Below, one piece after another: positions 47,421 to 58,291 of a stretch of 64,000 nt of DNA (positions within the stretch are counted from its first letter, which is position 1; each line of letters opens with the position of its first letter). The notes beneath the pieces are model-generated. The model did no database searches. It was not told the DNA's origin and saw nothing but the letters and a program-made list of their open reading frames with translations. The position numbers and the translations under genes were made by a program. The stretch comes from Burkholderiales bacterium (GTDB lineage: Bacteria; Pseudomonadota; Gammaproteobacteria; Burkholderiales; Burkholderiaceae_A), in the NCBI GenBank assembly GCA_027486725.1, contig JAIXOP010000015.1, forward strand, positions 215,950-279,949. The letters are read 5' to 3'.

Positions 47421-47940
47421 CTCGCCCGCGCCCTCCCCACAAACCGCGATGCCCCAGGCATCCGGCACTGGTCTTACCTGGGGGCGGGCTCTGGCCCTGG
47501 TCGGCCTGATTGGACTGGATCAGGGCAGCAAGGCCCTGGTCGAGGCCACCATCGCCTTCGGTCAGACCATTCCCATCCTGCCGAGCTTCAACCTCGTGCA
47601 TGTGCTCAATCCCGGCGCCGCCTTCAGCTTTCTGGCGGATGCCGGCGGCTGGCAGCGCTATTTTTTCTTTGTGTTGGCTGTGGCGGTCTCGGCCTACCTG
47701 CTCCATGGCCTGCGCAAAGACGAGGGCCGCTCCCCCGTATACGCGACGGCGGCCATCCTGATTTCCGCGGGCGCCCTGGGCAACGCGATCGATCGGGTGG
47801 CGCGCGGAGCCGTGGTGGACTTTCTCGATGTCTATTACGGCCCGCACCATTGGCCCGCCTTCAATCTGGCCGACAGCTTCATCATGATCGGGGTCGGACT
47901 TCTTCTCTGGTTCGAACTCCGCCGAGGACGCCGTGGATAA
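47410..47940 (+). CDS. lspA: Lipoprotein signal peptidase II
   Basis: [35 protein letters not shown]. Confidence 0.95.
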   Translation: MLPSSPAPSPQTAMPQASGTGLTWGRALALVGLIGLDQGSKALVEATIAFGQTIPILPSFNLVHVLNPGAAFSFLADAGGWQRYFFFVLAVAVSAYLLHGLRKDEGRSPVYATAAILISAGALGNAIDRVARGAVVDFLDVYYGPHHWPAFNLADSFIMIGVGLLLWFELRRGRRG

Positions 47941-49228
47941 CACCCAGAGCCTGCGCGGTCGGCATATTCTTCTCGGGGTGACGGGCGGGATCGCCGCCTA
48001 CAAGGCCTGTCTGCTGCTGCGTGCCCTGCAGGAGTCGGGCGCCAGTGTTCAGGTGGTGATGACCGAGGCGGCCACCAAGTTTGTTACCCCCATGACATTC
48101 CAGGCCCTCTCGGGCAGGCCGGTCTACACCGACGCCTGGAGTCCTGTGGTTCCCAACCACATGCCGCACATTGAGCTTGCCCGCGAGGCCGATGCTGTGG
48201 TGGTGGCCCCGGCCACCGCAGATTTCATGTCGCTGCTGGCCCACGGCCGAACGCCCGACCTGCTCTCCAGCCTCTGCCTCGCCCGCGACGTGCCTCTGTT
48301 TGTGGCCCCCGCCATGAACCGGCAGATGTGGACCCATCCGGCCACCCAGGCCAATGCTCAGGCGCTGCGCGATCAGGGCGTGGTGCTGCTTGGCCCGGCC
48401 AGCGGGCACCAGGCCTGCGGCGAAACGGGCGAAGGCCGCATGCTCGAACCCCAGGAGATTCTCCTGGGCCTTGCTCAGGCCATGGCCCATCTCGCGCCCC
48501 GCCATCGGCCAAGCCCAATTCGAGGACTGCTGCAGGGCCGCCGGGTGCTCATGACTGCAGGTCCCACCGCCGAGCCCATCGACCCCGTGCGGGTGATCTC
48601 CAACCGATCCTCGGGCCAGATGGGCTACGCCATCGCCGAGGCGGCGGCAGAAGCCGGTGCGAGCGTGGTGCTCATCAGCGGACCCACGGCCCTGGCCTGC
48701 CCGGACGGTGTGGTCCGCATTGCCGTCGAGACTGCCCTCGAGATGGAGGCGGCGGTCAGTGCTCAGCTGCGCGCCTGGGCCAACGACGCTGGCCCGAACG
48801 GTCCGTCCACCGATGTCTTCATTGGCGTCGCGGCGGTGGCCGATTGGCGCCCGGAGACCCCACTGCCCTCGAAAATGAAAAAGGGCGAGACCGGACCCCA
48901 ATTTGCAGAGCTGCGCTGGGTCGAGAACCCCGACATCCTCGCCGGTGTGGCCGCCGCCCAGTCCTTGCCACGGCCCGCCTGTGTGGTGGGCTTTGCGGCA
49001 GAAACCTGCTCCGAGGCTGAACTGATCGACCTGCTTCCCGCCAAGCGTCAACGCAAGGGTGCGGATCTGCTCGTGGGCAATCTCGCTCAGCAGGCCCTGG
49101 GGTCTGACCACAACCGAACATGGCTGTGCACCGAGGCCGGCGTCGAGCCCTTGGCCGACGGCCCCAAGTCCGAGGTCGCCCGACGACTCATTTCCACCAT
49201 CGCATCCCAACCCTCGCTTGCCCCATGA
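47933..49228 (+). CDS. coaBC: Phosphopantothenoylcysteine decarboxylase/ligase
   Basis: [57 protein letters not shown]. Confidence 0.95.
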   Translation: MDNTQSLRGRHILLGVTGGIAAYKACLLLRALQESGASVQVVMTEAATKFVTPMTFQALSGRPVYTDAWSPVVPNHMPHIELAREADAVVVAPATADFMSLLAHGRTPDLLSSLCLARDVPLFVAPAMNRQMWTHPATQANAQALRDQGVVLLGPASGHQACGETGEGRMLEPQEILLGLAQAMAHLAPRHRPSPIRGLLQGRRVLMTAGPTAEPIDPVRVISNRSSGQMGYAIAEAAAEAGASVVLISGPTALACPDGVVRIAVETALEMEAAVSAQLRAWANDAGPNGPSTDVFIGVAAVADWRPETPLPSKMKKGETGPQFAELRWVENPDILAGVAAAQSLPRPACVVGFAAETCSEAELIDLLPAKRQRKGADLLVGNLAQQALGSDHNRTWLCTEAGVEPLADGPKSEVARRLISTIASQPSLAP

Positions 49229-49680
49229 CCATCGACATTCAGCTGCGGGTGCTCGACCCCCGCATGGCCGATCAGCTCCCCACCTACGCCACCGAGGCCT
49301 CGGCAGGACTGGACCTGCGTGCGGCGCTCAGCGCCTCGCTGATCCTGGCGCCGGGCGCGAGCAGCCTGGTGCCCACGGGCTTGTCGATGTATGTGCGAGA
49401 TCCGGGCTACGCCGGCCTCATCCTCCCGCGCAGCGGCCTTGGCCACACGCACGGGATCGTGCTGGGCAACCTCACAGGCCTGATCGATGCGGACTACCAG
49501 GGCCCGCTGATGGTCTCGCTCTGGAACCGCAGCCTGATTCCCTACACCGTGGAGCCCATGGAGCGCATCGCCCAGCTGGTGATCGTGCCGGTGGCCAAGG
49601 CCCGGTGGGTGGTGACCGAGGAGTTCTCGGACGGCACCGAGCGCGGTGCCGGGGGCTTTGGCAGCACGGGGGCTGCCTGA
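49225..49680 (+). CDS. dut: dUTP diphosphatase
   Basis: [38 protein letters not shown]. Confidence 0.96.
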   Translation: MTIDIQLRVLDPRMADQLPTYATEASAGLDLRAALSASLILAPGASSLVPTGLSMYVRDPGYAGLILPRSGLGHTHGIVLGNLTGLIDADYQGPLMVSLWNRSLIPYTVEPMERIAQLVIVPVAKARWVVTEEFSDGTERGAGGFGSTGAA

Positions 49681-49703
49681 GACTTGGGCTAAGGCCGGCG
49701 ACC

Positions 49704-50645
49704 CTAAGCCAGGCGGGACAGCAGGGCCTGGCCGTCGCGCTCAAACAGACGGATGCCCTCGGCGAGTTTTTCGGTGGCCATGGCGTCGGCGTTGTGGGCA
49801 TGCCGAAACTCCGGCTCGCCCAAGCGGCCCAGCCAGCGCAGTTCGGGTGTGGCCCGACTGGCCGACAGTGGCGCTGAAAATCCCTCGATGGGTGCCTGGG
49901 CTGCCAGAGACTCCAGCAGCGCCGGGCTCACGGTGAGCAGATCACAGCCGGCCAGACCCATGACCTGTTCGGTGGTTCGAAAGCTCGCGCCCATCACCTC
50001 GGTGGCGATGCCGTTGGATTTGTAGGCGGCATACACCCCACGCACAAACGCCACGCCGGGGTCGGTCTCGACACTCGTCCAGGATTCGCCCCGGGCCTTG
50101 TGCCAATCGCTGATCCGCCCTACAAAGGGCGAGACGAGCTGAACGCCGGCCTCGGCGCAGGCCCTCGCCTGCGCATGGCCAAAGATGAGGGTGAGGTTGC
50201 AACGGATGTCCTCGCGCGCAAGGCGCTCGGCCACACGGATCCCCTCCCAGGTGGCTGCGACCTTGATGAGCACTCGGGTGCGGGGGACTCCCTCGGCGGC
50301 ATATGCGGCAATGAGGCGCTGTGCCTGCGCGACGCTCGCATCCACATCGAAGGACAGGCGCGCGTCCAGCTCGGTCGACACTCGGCCGGGAATGGCCTGG
50401 AGGATGCGCACACCAAAGGCCACCAGCAGACGCTCCAGCCGATCCTGAGGGTCCTTGCCCTGCTGCACCGCTTGCGCAAGAAGCCCACGGCCAGACTCGG
50501 CCTCCAGCGCCTTGAGAATCAGGCTGGGATTGGTGGTGGCGTCTTGTGGGCGCAGGGCCAGGAGGCGGTCGAACTCTCCCGTATCGGCCACCACCGTGGT
50601 GTGCTGACGAAGCTGATCGAGGGCGCAGGTGGGGGTCGGGTTCAT
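49704..50645 (-). CDS. tal: Transaldolase
   Basis: VVADTG, DATTNPSLI, LIKVAATWEGI, CNLTLIF, SPFVGRI, VMGASFR, EKLAEGIRLF. Confidence 0.95.
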   Translation of the reverse strand: MNPTPTCALDQLRQHTTVVADTGEFDRLLALRPQDATTNPSLILKALEAESGRGLLAQAVQQGKDPQDRLERLLVAFGVRILQAIPGRVSTELDARLSFDVDASVAQAQRLIAAYAAEGVPRTRVLIKVAATWEGIRVAERLAREDIRCNLTLIFGHAQARACAEAGVQLVSPFVGRISDWHKARGESWTSVETDPGVAFVRGVYAAYKSNGIATEVMGASFRTTEQVMGLAGCDLLTVSPALLESLAAQAPIEGFSAPLSASRATPELRWLGRLGEPEFRHAHNADAMATEKLAEGIRLFERDGQALLSRLA

Positions 50646-50693
50646 GGTCGGAGCAAAAGAAAAAGGCATGAGCAGCGTGGTGCATCATGCCTT

Positions 50694-50723
50694 AAAAAAC
50701 CAGGGGCTCCCCAGGGCCCCCGG
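50694..50723 (-). terminator. Intrinsic terminator downstream of fccB
   Basis: Minus strand CCGGGGGC-cctgggga-GCCCCTGG stem-loop followed by TTTTTT. Confidence 0.7.
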
Positions 50724-50756
50724 CCATTGCGCAGGCCGCTGTTGCGGCCCGCCCAA

Positions 50757-50792
50757 TTGGGTGTCGGGTTGGGTATCGGGTTGGGTATCGGG
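50757..50792. repeat. 12-bp tandem repeat x3 (ttgggtatcggg)
   Basis: ttgggtgtcggg-ttgggtatcggg-ttgggtatcggg in the tal-fccB intergenic region. Confidence 0.8.
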
Positions 50793-50807
50793 TGCTGAAG
50801 CGCCGCC

Positions 50808-52124
50808 TTAGGCGAACATGTCCCCCCAGATGTTGTCGGCCCACGCCAGCGCGTAGTTGCCCTCGAGCTCACTGGGGGCGGTGGAGACACCGCCCGCGCC
50901 CTTGACCGGCTGCATGGTCTGGGTGGCGTCGTCCCACTGATGCACGCTGGCCACATGCACGACATTGCTGGCGTCGGTGAAGCTGTAGCAGGTGTTGGCC
51001 ATGGTGAGCGGCAGGGGCTGACGGCCATTCATGAGTTCCACGATGGCGGCAGCGGCGGCCTTGCCGTGCTGGTTGGCCATGTGGCCCGACTTGGGCATGC
51101 CGGGTGCAGAGAAGGTGGCATCGCCCAGCACATGAATGCCCGGCACTGCCTTGGACTCCATCGTGCGCCAATCCACGCCACACCAGAGGTCATTGACATT
51201 GACGAGGCCGGCCGAGCGGGCAATGTCGGCGGCCCGGTGGGGGGGCACCACATTGAGCACATCGCCCTTGACCTTGTCGCCGAGGTCGGTCTCGAGCGTG
51301 CCCGACTTGAGGTCGAGTGCGGCCACGTTCATGTTGGGCGTGTAGGTGATGATGCCCTTGTAGTTCTGCTCCCAGGCCTTGGTGAAAAGGCCCTTCTTCG
51401 ACACCACATCGGGGTTGGCATCGAGCACCAAGACCTTGCTCTTGGGCTTGGACTGCTTGAAATAGTTGGCAACCTGGCAGGCCCGCTCGTAGGGCCCCGG
51501 TGGGCAGCGGTAGGGAGCTTTGGGAATGGTGAGCACATAGACCCCACCATCGCGCATCGCTTCGAGCTGTGCCCGCAGCGCCACAGTCTGGGGACCAGCA
51601 CGCCAGGAGTGCAATACCCGCTTCTGCGCCTCGGGGGTCAGCCCCTGCACGGCATTGGGAATGAAATCGATGCCCGGTGAGACGATCAGGCGATCGTAGC
51701 CAACCACGGCACCCTTGCGGGTGGTGATGGTCTTCTTGCCAGCATCGACCGAGACAACTTCGTCTTGGACCACCGACACGCCGCGGGCCCGAAGGCCGTC
51801 GTAACTCTGGCGCAGCTCGGGCAGCTTCTTCACGCCGCTCAGGACCAGGTTGGAGATGGGGCACGAGTAGAACTCCGCCTGACGGTCGATCAGCACCACC
51901 TCGATGGCGCCCTCACCCCACATCGTGAGGTACTTGGCGGCGGTGGCGCCGCCGAAGCCCGCGCCAACGATCACCACCCGGCCGAGCTTCTTTTTCTCGC
52001 CCGAGGCCTGACCGGCGGTGGTGGCGCAGCCCGAGAGGCCAACACTGGAGGCCAGGGCAGCACCGGCAGCACCGGCTTGAACAACCCGACGGCGGGAAAG
52101 ATTGGTTTGCATGGATTTGGTCAT
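50808..52124 (-). CDS. fccB: Flavocytochrome c sulfide dehydrogenase, flavoprotein subunit
   Basis: Tat signal SRRRVV followed by LSGC; GAGFGGATAAKY, YSCPISN, PYRCPPGPYER, MPKSG, ANTCYS, C-terminal ALAWADNIWGDMF. Confidence 0.9.
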   Translation of the reverse strand: MTKSMQTNLSRRRVVQAGAAGAALASSVGLSGCATTAGQASGEKKKLGRVVIVGAGFGGATAAKYLTMWGEGAIEVVLIDRQAEFYSCPISNLVLSGVKKLPELRQSYDGLRARGVSVVQDEVVSVDAGKKTITTRKGAVVGYDRLIVSPGIDFIPNAVQGLTPEAQKRVLHSWRAGPQTVALRAQLEAMRDGGVYVLTIPKAPYRCPPGPYERACQVANYFKQSKPKSKVLVLDANPDVVSKKGLFTKAWEQNYKGIITYTPNMNVAALDLKSGTLETDLGDKVKGDVLNVVPPHRAADIARSAGLVNVNDLWCGVDWRTMESKAVPGIHVLGDATFSAPGMPKSGHMANQHGKAAAAAIVELMNGRQPLPLTMANTCYSFTDASNVVHVASVHQWDDATQTMQPVKGAGGVSTAPSELEGNYALAWADNIWGDMFA

Positions 52125-52137
52125 GGCTCGACTCTTC

Positions 52138-52455
52138 TTAATTTTTCTGGGCGGCGAAGTACTCCGCCATCGCCTCAATCTGGGCGTCGGTGTAGCCCTT
52201 GGAGATCTGGTGCATCAGCGTGGCCTCGCGCTTGCCCGACTGAAAGTCCTTCATGGCCTGGATGAACTCGGCCTTGGGATAGCCGGCCAGGCTGGCCATG
52301 CCGCCCACCGACTTGCCATTGGTGCCGTGGCAATTGGCGCAATTGGCGGCGAGATACTCTGCCTTGGGCAGGGGCGCCTGGGCGGCAGCACCCCCCGCGG
52401 CAACGAGCGCCGATAGAGCGGCACCCAGGGCAATACAACGGCGAACTGCAGACAT
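52138..52455 (-). CDS. fccA: Monoheme cytochrome c subunit of sulfide dehydrogenase
   Basis: Signal peptide, a single CANCH heme motif, ATLMHQISKGYTD with axial Met; directly upstream of fccB. Confidence 0.88.
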   Translation of the reverse strand: MSAVRRCIALGAALSALVAAGGAAAQAPLPKAEYLAANCANCHGTNGKSVGGMASLAGYPKAEFIQAMKDFQSGKREATLMHQISKGYTDAQIEAMAEYFAAQKN

Positions 52456-52477
52456 AAAAATCTCCGTGGTGATGGAT

Positions 52478-54820
52478 TTAGGCATGGTCCTGCATGGCGA
52501 CATCCCCGCCAAGGCCTTCGCCTTTGGGAATAACCCCAGCCCCATCGGCGCCTTCCTCGGGGAAATGCAGAACAACGCTCTCGCCATCGGCGTCGAGATC
52601 GATCTCCACCCGGCCACCATCGGCCAGTCGCCCAAAGAGGAGCTCGTCGGCCAGGGACCGGCGGATTTTGTCTTGGATGATGCGCTGCATGGGGCGGGCG
52701 CCCATCGAGGGGTCGAAGCCCTTCTTCGCGAGATAGGCACGCAGGGCATCGGTGAAGGAGACTTCGACGCGCTTTTCCTGGAGTTGGGTCTCGAGCTCGA
52801 TGAGGAATTTGTCCACCACACGAAGGATGATCGCCTCGTCGAGGGACTTGAAGGACACGATGGCATCGAGTCGGTTGCGGAACTCGGGCGTGAAGACCCG
52901 CTTGATCTCCTCGAGCTCGTCGCCGGCCTCGCGCGGGTTAGAGAAGCCAATGCTGCGCTTGCCCAGAACCTCGGCGCCAGCATTGGTGGTCATCACGATG
53001 ATGACATTGCGGAAGTCGGCCTTGCGTCCGTTGTTGTCGGTGAGCGTGCCGTGGTCCATGACCTGCAGCAGGATGTTGAAGATTTCGGGGTGTGCCTTCT
53101 CGATCTCGTCGAGCAGCAGCACGGCGTGCGGCTTCTTGGTCACGGCCTCGGTGAGAAGCCCTCCCTGGTCAAAGCCCACATAGCCCGGGGGCGCACCAAT
53201 GAGGCGCGACACCGCATGGCGCTCCATGTACTCGGACATGTCAAAGCGAATGAGCTCGATGCCCAGGATGAAGGCCAGCTGCCGTGCAACCTCGGTCTTG
53301 CCAACGCCGGTGGGGCCGCTGAACAAGAAGGAGCCGATGGGCTTTTCGGGACGACCCAGACCCGAGCGCGCCATCTTGATGGCTGCGGCCAAGGCCTCGA
53401 TGGCGGCGTCCTGTCCGAAGACAACATTCTTGAGATTGCGCTCGAGGGTCGCCAGCACCTTTCGGTCATCGCTGTTGACGGTCTGAGGCGGGATGCGGGC
53501 GATCTTGGAAATGATCTCCTCGATCTCACCCTTGCCGATGGTGCGCTTTTGCTTGCTCTTGGGCAGGATGCGCTGGGCAGCGCCCGCCTCGTCGATCACA
53601 TCGATGGCCTTGTCGGGCAGGTGACGATCGTTGATGTAGCGCGCCGAGAGCTCGGCGGCGGCGGTGAGGGCAGCCGCCTGGTACTTCACGCCATGGTGCT
53701 CCTCGAAGCGAGACTTGAGGCCCTTCAAGATCTGGATCGTCTGATCCACCGAGGGCTCGGGCACATCGACCTTCTGGAAGCGGCGCGAGAGGGCATGGTC
53801 TTTTTCGAAGATGCCCCGGTACTCAGTGTAGGTGGTCGCGCCGATGCAGCGCAGCTGCCCCGACGACAGGGCGGGCTTGAGCAGATTCGAAGCATCGAGC
53901 GTGCCGCCCGAGGCCGAGCCTGCGCCAATGAGGGTGTGGATTTCGTCGATGAAAAGCACGGCATCGGGGTCGGCCTTGAGCTGCTTGAGCACGGCCTTCA
54001 GCCGCTGCTCAAAGTCACCGCGGTATTTGGTGCCCGCCAGCAGTGCACCCATGTCGAGCGAATAGACCGTGGCTTTGGAGAGGATCTCGGGAACCTCGCC
54101 CTGCACCACGCGCCTCGCCAGGCCTTCGGCGATGGCGGTCTTGCCAACACCGGCCTCGCCAACCAGAAGCGGGTTGTTTTTGCGGCGGCGGCAGAGAATC
54201 TGAATCACCCGCTCAACCTCGTCTTCCCGACCAATGAGCGGATCGATCTTGCCCTCTTCGGCCGACTTGTTGAGGTTCTGGGTGAATTGCTCCAGGGCCG
54301 ACGGCTGGCCGGACTCCTTGCCACCCTGGGGGTTGGCCTCGGCGTTGGCCGACTCTTCGGCACCCGACGGGGGAGCTGCGGTGCCCTTGGTGATGCCGTG
54401 GGCAATGAAGTTCACCACATCGAGGCGGGTCAGGCCCTGCTGGTGCAAAAAGTAGACCGCATGCGAATCCTTCTCGCCGAAGATCGCGACCAGCACATTG
54501 CCCCCCGTCACCTCTTTCTTGCCCTGGGTGGTTGACTGGACATGCATGATCGCGCGCTGGATCACGCGCTGAAAGCCCAGCGTGGGCTGCGTGTCGACCT
54601 CGTCGGTTCCCTGAACCACCGGCGTGTTGTCGGAGATGTGCGAATGCAGGGTCTTGCGCAGGCCATCGAGATCGACCGAGCAGGCCCTAAGGATCTCGGC
54701 CGCCGACGGGTTGTCGAGCAGTGCGAGAAGCAGGTGCTCCACGGTGATGAATTCATGGCGCTGCTGTCGGGCCTCGACAAATGCCATGTGCAGACTTACT
54801 TCGAGTTCCTGGGAAATCAT
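52478..54820 (-). CDS. clpA: ATP-dependent Clp protease ATP-binding subunit ClpA
   Basis: [41 protein letters not shown] loop, MGARP. Confidence 0.97.
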   Translation of the reverse strand: MISQELEVSLHMAFVEARQQRHEFITVEHLLLALLDNPSAAEILRACSVDLDGLRKTLHSHISDNTPVVQGTDEVDTQPTLGFQRVIQRAIMHVQSTTQGKKEVTGGNVLVAIFGEKDSHAVYFLHQQGLTRLDVVNFIAHGITKGTAAPPSGAEESANAEANPQGGKESGQPSALEQFTQNLNKSAEEGKIDPLIGREDEVERVIQILCRRRKNNPLLVGEAGVGKTAIAEGLARRVVQGEVPEILSKATVYSLDMGALLAGTKYRGDFEQRLKAVLKQLKADPDAVLFIDEIHTLIGAGSASGGTLDASNLLKPALSSGQLRCIGATTYTEYRGIFEKDHALSRRFQKVDVPEPSVDQTIQILKGLKSRFEEHHGVKYQAAALTAAAELSARYINDRHLPDKAIDVIDEAGAAQRILPKSKQKRTIGKGEIEEIISKIARIPPQTVNSDDRKVLATLERNLKNVVFGQDAAIEALAAAIKMARSGLGRPEKPIGSFLFSGPTGVGKTEVARQLAFILGIELIRFDMSEYMERHAVSRLIGAPPGYVGFDQGGLLTEAVTKKPHAVLLLDEIEKAHPEIFNILLQVMDHGTLTDNNGRKADFRNVIIVMTTNAGAEVLGKRSIGFSNPREAGDELEEIKRVFTPEFRNRLDAIVSFKSLDEAIILRVVDKFLIELETQLQEKRVEVSFTDALRAYLAKKGFDPSMGARPMQRIIQDKIRRSLADELLFGRLADGGRVEIDLDADGESVVLHFPEEGADGAGVIPKGEGLGGDVAMQDHA

Positions 54821-55125
54821 GCTTCCTCCATGACGCACTGCAAGGGGTGCTGGTTGGCCCTTGAAAAACTATTCACCTGTTCTACCTTGGTCTCGGCAAG
54901 TTCGCGTGAAAAGACACCACAAACCCCTCGCCCCTCCCGATGGACCCTCAGCATGACCTGAGTGGCCTTCTCGCGGTCCATGGAGAAGAACTTTTGAAGC
55001 ACCAGAACCACAAATTCCATGGGGGTGTAATCGTCGTTGAGCAGCCATACCGTGTACCGGGGGGGTGGTTTGACTCGGACGGTCTCGCGCTCAAGAACTG
55101 GAGTCGCGGGGTTGGGGTTTGACAT
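54817..55125 (-). CDS. clpS: Clp protease adaptor ClpS
   Basis: [31 protein letters not shown]. Confidence 0.96.
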   Translation of the reverse strand: MSNPNPATPVLERETVRVKPPPRYTVWLLNDDYTPMEFVVLVLQKFFSMDREKATQVMLRVHREGRGVCGVFSRELAETKVEQVNSFSRANQHPLQCVMEEA

Positions 55126-55151
55126 ATTTCAATTTTAGGATCAAACACAGT

Positions 55152-55180
55152 TGGACAAACGCCCAAGCACCCCCTATAGT
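55152..55180 (+). promoter_or_regulatory. Sigma70-type promoter for the cold-shock gene
   Basis: TGGACA (55152-55157), 17 nt, TATAGT (55175-55180). Confidence 0.65.
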
Positions 55181-55256
55181 GGTACGTGTTTGAAAGCGTC
55201 GCATGACCAGATCAACCTTGTCGTGCGTTTATTTAGATCTTTTGTAGGAAGTAGGA

Positions 55257-55463
55257 ATGTCGACAGGTACGGTTAAGTGGTTCAACGACGCCAAGGGCTT
55301 TGGTTTCATTACCCCCGATGAGGGCGGTGAAGATGTCTTTGCTCATTTCTCAGCAATCCAGTCGAACGGTTTCCGTTCGCTCAAAGAAGGCCAGAAGGTC
55401 CAGTTCGATATCGTTCAGGGCCCCAAGGGCAAGCAAGCTTCGAACATCGTCCCGATGAACTAA
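55257..55463 (+). CDS. cspD: Cold-shock domain protein (CspD position, divergent from clpS)
   Basis: [31 protein letters not shown]. Confidence 0.9.
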   Translation: MSTGTVKWFNDAKGFGFITPDEGGEDVFAHFSAIQSNGFRSLKEGQKVQFDIVQGPKGKQASNIVPMN

Positions 55464-55503
55464 GCTGACAGCACGTCGGGCCGGTTTCACCGGCCCACAT
55501 GCC

Positions 55504-55539
55504 AAAAAACCCCGCCAACGTCAGTTCGCGGGGTTTTTT
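55504..55539. terminator. Bidirectional intrinsic terminator between cspD and icd
   Basis: AAAAAACCCCGC...GCGGGGTTTTTT hairpin with A/T tracts on both sides. Confidence 0.85.
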
Positions 55540-55590
55540 GTTGGGCGCTGCGGTGGCGCACGATTGGGCGCGACGGGGCGCGCCCAAACA

Positions 55591-56844
55591 CTACATCTGC
55601 GAAATCATCACATCGCCAAAGCCCGAGCAGCTGACCTGCTCTGCGCCTGGCATCAGACGGGCGAAGTCGTACGTCACCTTCTTGGTGGCGATCGACTTTT
55701 CCATGCTTTGAATGATGAGGTCGGCCGCCTCGAACCAGCCCATATGGCGCAGCATCATCTCGGCCGAGAGAATCAGCGAGCCCGGGTTCACATAGTCCTT
55801 GCCCGCGTATTTGGGTGCGGTGCCGTGGGTCGCCTCAAACATGGCCACGCTGTCGGAGAGATTGGCCCCGGGGGCGATGCCGATGCCCCCGACCTGAGCG
55901 GCCAACGCATCCGAGATGTAGTCGCCGTTGAGGTTGAGGGTGGCGATCACGCTGTACTCGGCCGGACGCAAGAGGATCTGCTGCAAGAAGGCGTCGGCGA
56001 TGGAGTCCTTGATGACGATGTCGCGCCCCGTCTTGGGGTTTTTGAAAGAGCACCAGGGGCCACCGTCGATCAACTGCGCACCAAACTCGGTTTGGGCCAG
56101 GGCGTAGGCCCAGTCGCGGAAGCCGCCCTCGGTGTACTTCATGATATTGCCCTTGTGCACGATGGTGACCGAGGGCTTGTCGTTGTCGATCGCGTATTGA
56201 ATGGCCTTGCGGACCAGACGCTCGGTGCCCTGGCGCGAGACGGGCTTGATGCCGATGCCCGAGGTCTCGGGGAAGCGGATTTTCTTCACGCCGAATTCTT
56301 CGATGAGCAGCTTGATCAGTCGCTGGGCATCGGGGGTCTCGGCCTGATACTCAATGCCGGCGTAGATGTCTTCGGAGTTCTCCCGGAAGATCACCATGTC
56401 GGTCTTCTCAGGCTCCTTGAGGGGGCTGGGCACACCAGTGAAGTAGCGCACCGGCCGCAGGCACACATAGAGGTCGAGCTGCTGGCGCAGGGCGACATTC
56501 AACGAGCGGATGCCACCACCCACGGGCGTGGTGAGGGGGCCCTTGATGGACACCACGTAATCCTTGAGGGCCTCGAGGGTCTCTTCGGGGAGCCAAACAT
56601 CGGGACCATACACGCGGGTGGATTTCTCTCCGCAGTAGATCTCCATCCAGGAAATCTTGCGCTGGCCGCCATAGGCTTTTTGAACTGCGGCGTCGACCAC
56701 CTTGATCATGACCGGCGAGATGTCGACCCCGGTGCCATCGCCCTCGATATAAGGGATGATGGGATTGTTTGGGACGTTCAGCGAGAAGTCGGCGTTGACT
56801 GTGATCTTTTGGCCGCTCGCGGGCACCGTGATTTTGCTCGACAC
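55591..56844 (-). CDS. icd: NADP-dependent isocitrate dehydrogenase (dimeric, E. coli type)
   Basis: [72 protein letters not shown] start after AAGGAG. Confidence 0.96.
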   Translation of the reverse strand: MSSKITVPASGQKITVNADFSLNVPNNPIIPYIEGDGTGVDISPVMIKVVDAAVQKAYGGQRKISWMEIYCGEKSTRVYGPDVWLPEETLEALKDYVVSIKGPLTTPVGGGIRSLNVALRQQLDLYVCLRPVRYFTGVPSPLKEPEKTDMVIFRENSEDIYAGIEYQAETPDAQRLIKLLIEEFGVKKIRFPETSGIGIKPVSRQGTERLVRKAIQYAIDNDKPSVTIVHKGNIMKYTEGGFRDWAYALAQTEFGAQLIDGGPWCSFKNPKTGRDIVIKDSIADAFLQQILLRPAEYSVIATLNLNGDYISDALAAQVGGIGIAPGANLSDSVAMFEATHGTAPKYAGKDYVNPGSLILSAEMMLRHMGWFEAADLIIQSMEKSIATKKVTYDFARLMPGAEQVSCSGFGDVMISQM

Positions 56845-56878
56845 AGGAGGTCTCCTTTTGGGGATGGACATACAGCGA

Positions 56879-57361
56879 ATGAAAACTCTGTTTGAGTTTC
56901 GGGGGAGTGTACTCCCGCGGGTTGTGCTTTCCGGGCTGCTGATGCTCGGGGCTTCCCCGAGCGCCATGGCAGAGGCGGCCAAGCCCATGAAAACCATTGG
57001 GTTGATGGTTGCCAACGAGCGAGTGATGGCCGAGGTCGCCATCACGCCGGAGCAAAAAACCCGGGGGCTGATGGGACGGCTCGAGCTGCCCAAGAATGGT
57101 GGAATGCTGTTTGTGTTTGAAACTGCCCGGCGCGAGTGCATGTGGATGAAGAACACGCCTCTGGCGCTCACCGTGGCCTTCATCGACGCCCAGGGCGCGG
57201 TGTTGAATCTGGCGCGAATGGCCCCCATGTCCGAGACCATTCACTGCTCGTCGGGCCCGGCAGCCTACGCCCTTGAAATGGCCCAGGGCTGGATGGAATC
57301 CCGCGGAGTCAAGCCCGGTGATGTGATCGCCGGCCTGCCCCCGCGGGGAACCGAGCGCTGA
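56879..57361 (+). CDS. DUF192-domain exported protein
   Basis: Signal-like N-terminus, [36 protein letters not shown]. Confidence 0.88.
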   Translation: MKTLFEFRGSVLPRVVLSGLLMLGASPSAMAEAAKPMKTIGLMVANERVMAEVAITPEQKTRGLMGRLELPKNGGMLFVFETARRECMWMKNTPLALTVAFIDAQGAVLNLARMAPMSETIHCSSGPAAYALEMAQGWMESRGVKPGDVIAGLPPRGTER

Positions 57362-57362
57362 A

Positions 57363-57944
57363 TTACGACATCATCTGCGCGGACACAAACTCCCAATTGA
57401 CGAGCGACCAGAAGGCGCCCATGTAATCGGGGCGGCGGTTGCGGTAGTCCACATAGTAGGCATGCTCCCAGACGTCGCAGGTCATGAGCGGCTTGTCGGC
57501 CGTTGTCAGGGGCGTTGCGGCGTTGCTGGTGTTCACGATGGCCAGGCTGCCGTCGGACTTCTGCACCAGCCAGGTCCAGCCCGAGCCGAAGTTGCCGACC
57601 GCACTCTTGGTGAAGGCCTCTTTGAAGGCGGCAAAACTTCCGAAACTGGAATTGATCTTCTCGGCCAGTGCTCCGCTGGGCTCTCCGCCGCCGTTGGGCG
57701 AGAGGCAGTGCCAATAGAAGGTGTGGTTCCAGACCTGTGCCGCGTTGTTGAAGACACCACCGTCGGAGGTCTTCACAATCGCTTCGAGCGATTGGCTCTC
57801 GAAGGGCGTGCCCTTGATGAGATTATTCAGGTTGGTGACGTAGGTCTGATGATGCTTGCCGTAGTGAAACTCCAGCGTCTCTTTGGAGATGTGGGGAGCG
57901 AGGGCGTCGAGGGCATAAGGCAGGGCGGGAAGGGTATGTTCCAT
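57363..57944 (-). CDS. sodB: Superoxide dismutase [Fe]
   Basis: [34 protein letters not shown] (Fe-type), [13 protein letters not shown]. Confidence 0.95.
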   Translation of the reverse strand: MEHTLPALPYALDALAPHISKETLEFHYGKHHQTYVTNLNNLIKGTPFESQSLEAIVKTSDGGVFNNAAQVWNHTFYWHCLSPNGGGEPSGALAEKINSSFGSFAAFKEAFTKSAVGNFGSGWTWLVQKSDGSLAIVNTSNAATPLTTADKPLMTCDVWEHAYYVDYRNRRPDYMGAFWSLVNWEFVSAQMMS

Positions 57945-58039
57945 GAGGACTCCTCTGTGGGATCGGTGTGAAAACAGCGGGGAAAGGGTCGTTGCATCCG
58001 ACGGCAGAGGGTAGAGGATACGCGCGACGGGCGTTGGAG

Positions 58040-58291
58040 TTCTCCACAACCGCTGGGGCAAAAAGGCCCTGAAATCAGTTGCTTCAGCGATTTGGACGGG
58101 ATGGCGCGGCGGCCAAGCCCACAAGGCGCAAAATGAATTTTAAGTTATTGAAAAATAAAGATTAAATTGAAAGAACCGAGCACCTGAAAAACCTGACGGC
58201 CCCGTTCAAGCGCCAGTTGACAGACGAAACCCCACCGGCCAACCACCGATCCCCACAGCGATTGCCACACTCATCCACAGACTTATCCACA
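58040..58291. promoter_or_regulatory. DnaA-box cluster with AT-rich tract and IHF-like site (DARS/datA/oriC-like)
   Basis: TTATCCACA 58283-58291 (perfect); TCATCCACA 58271 and TTCTCCACA 58040 (1 mismatch each); weaker CCACA cores at 58249 and 58261; AT-rich tract ~58129-58173 containing TAAGTTATTGAAA. Confidence 0.6.

Noticed and set aside
44505-47468. 987-aa ORF antisense to ileS (likewise 52298..54535 opposite clpA and 33754..35709 opposite the RND permease)
   Set aside because: Typical stop-poor shadow frames of GC-rich codon usage, with no recognisable motifs.
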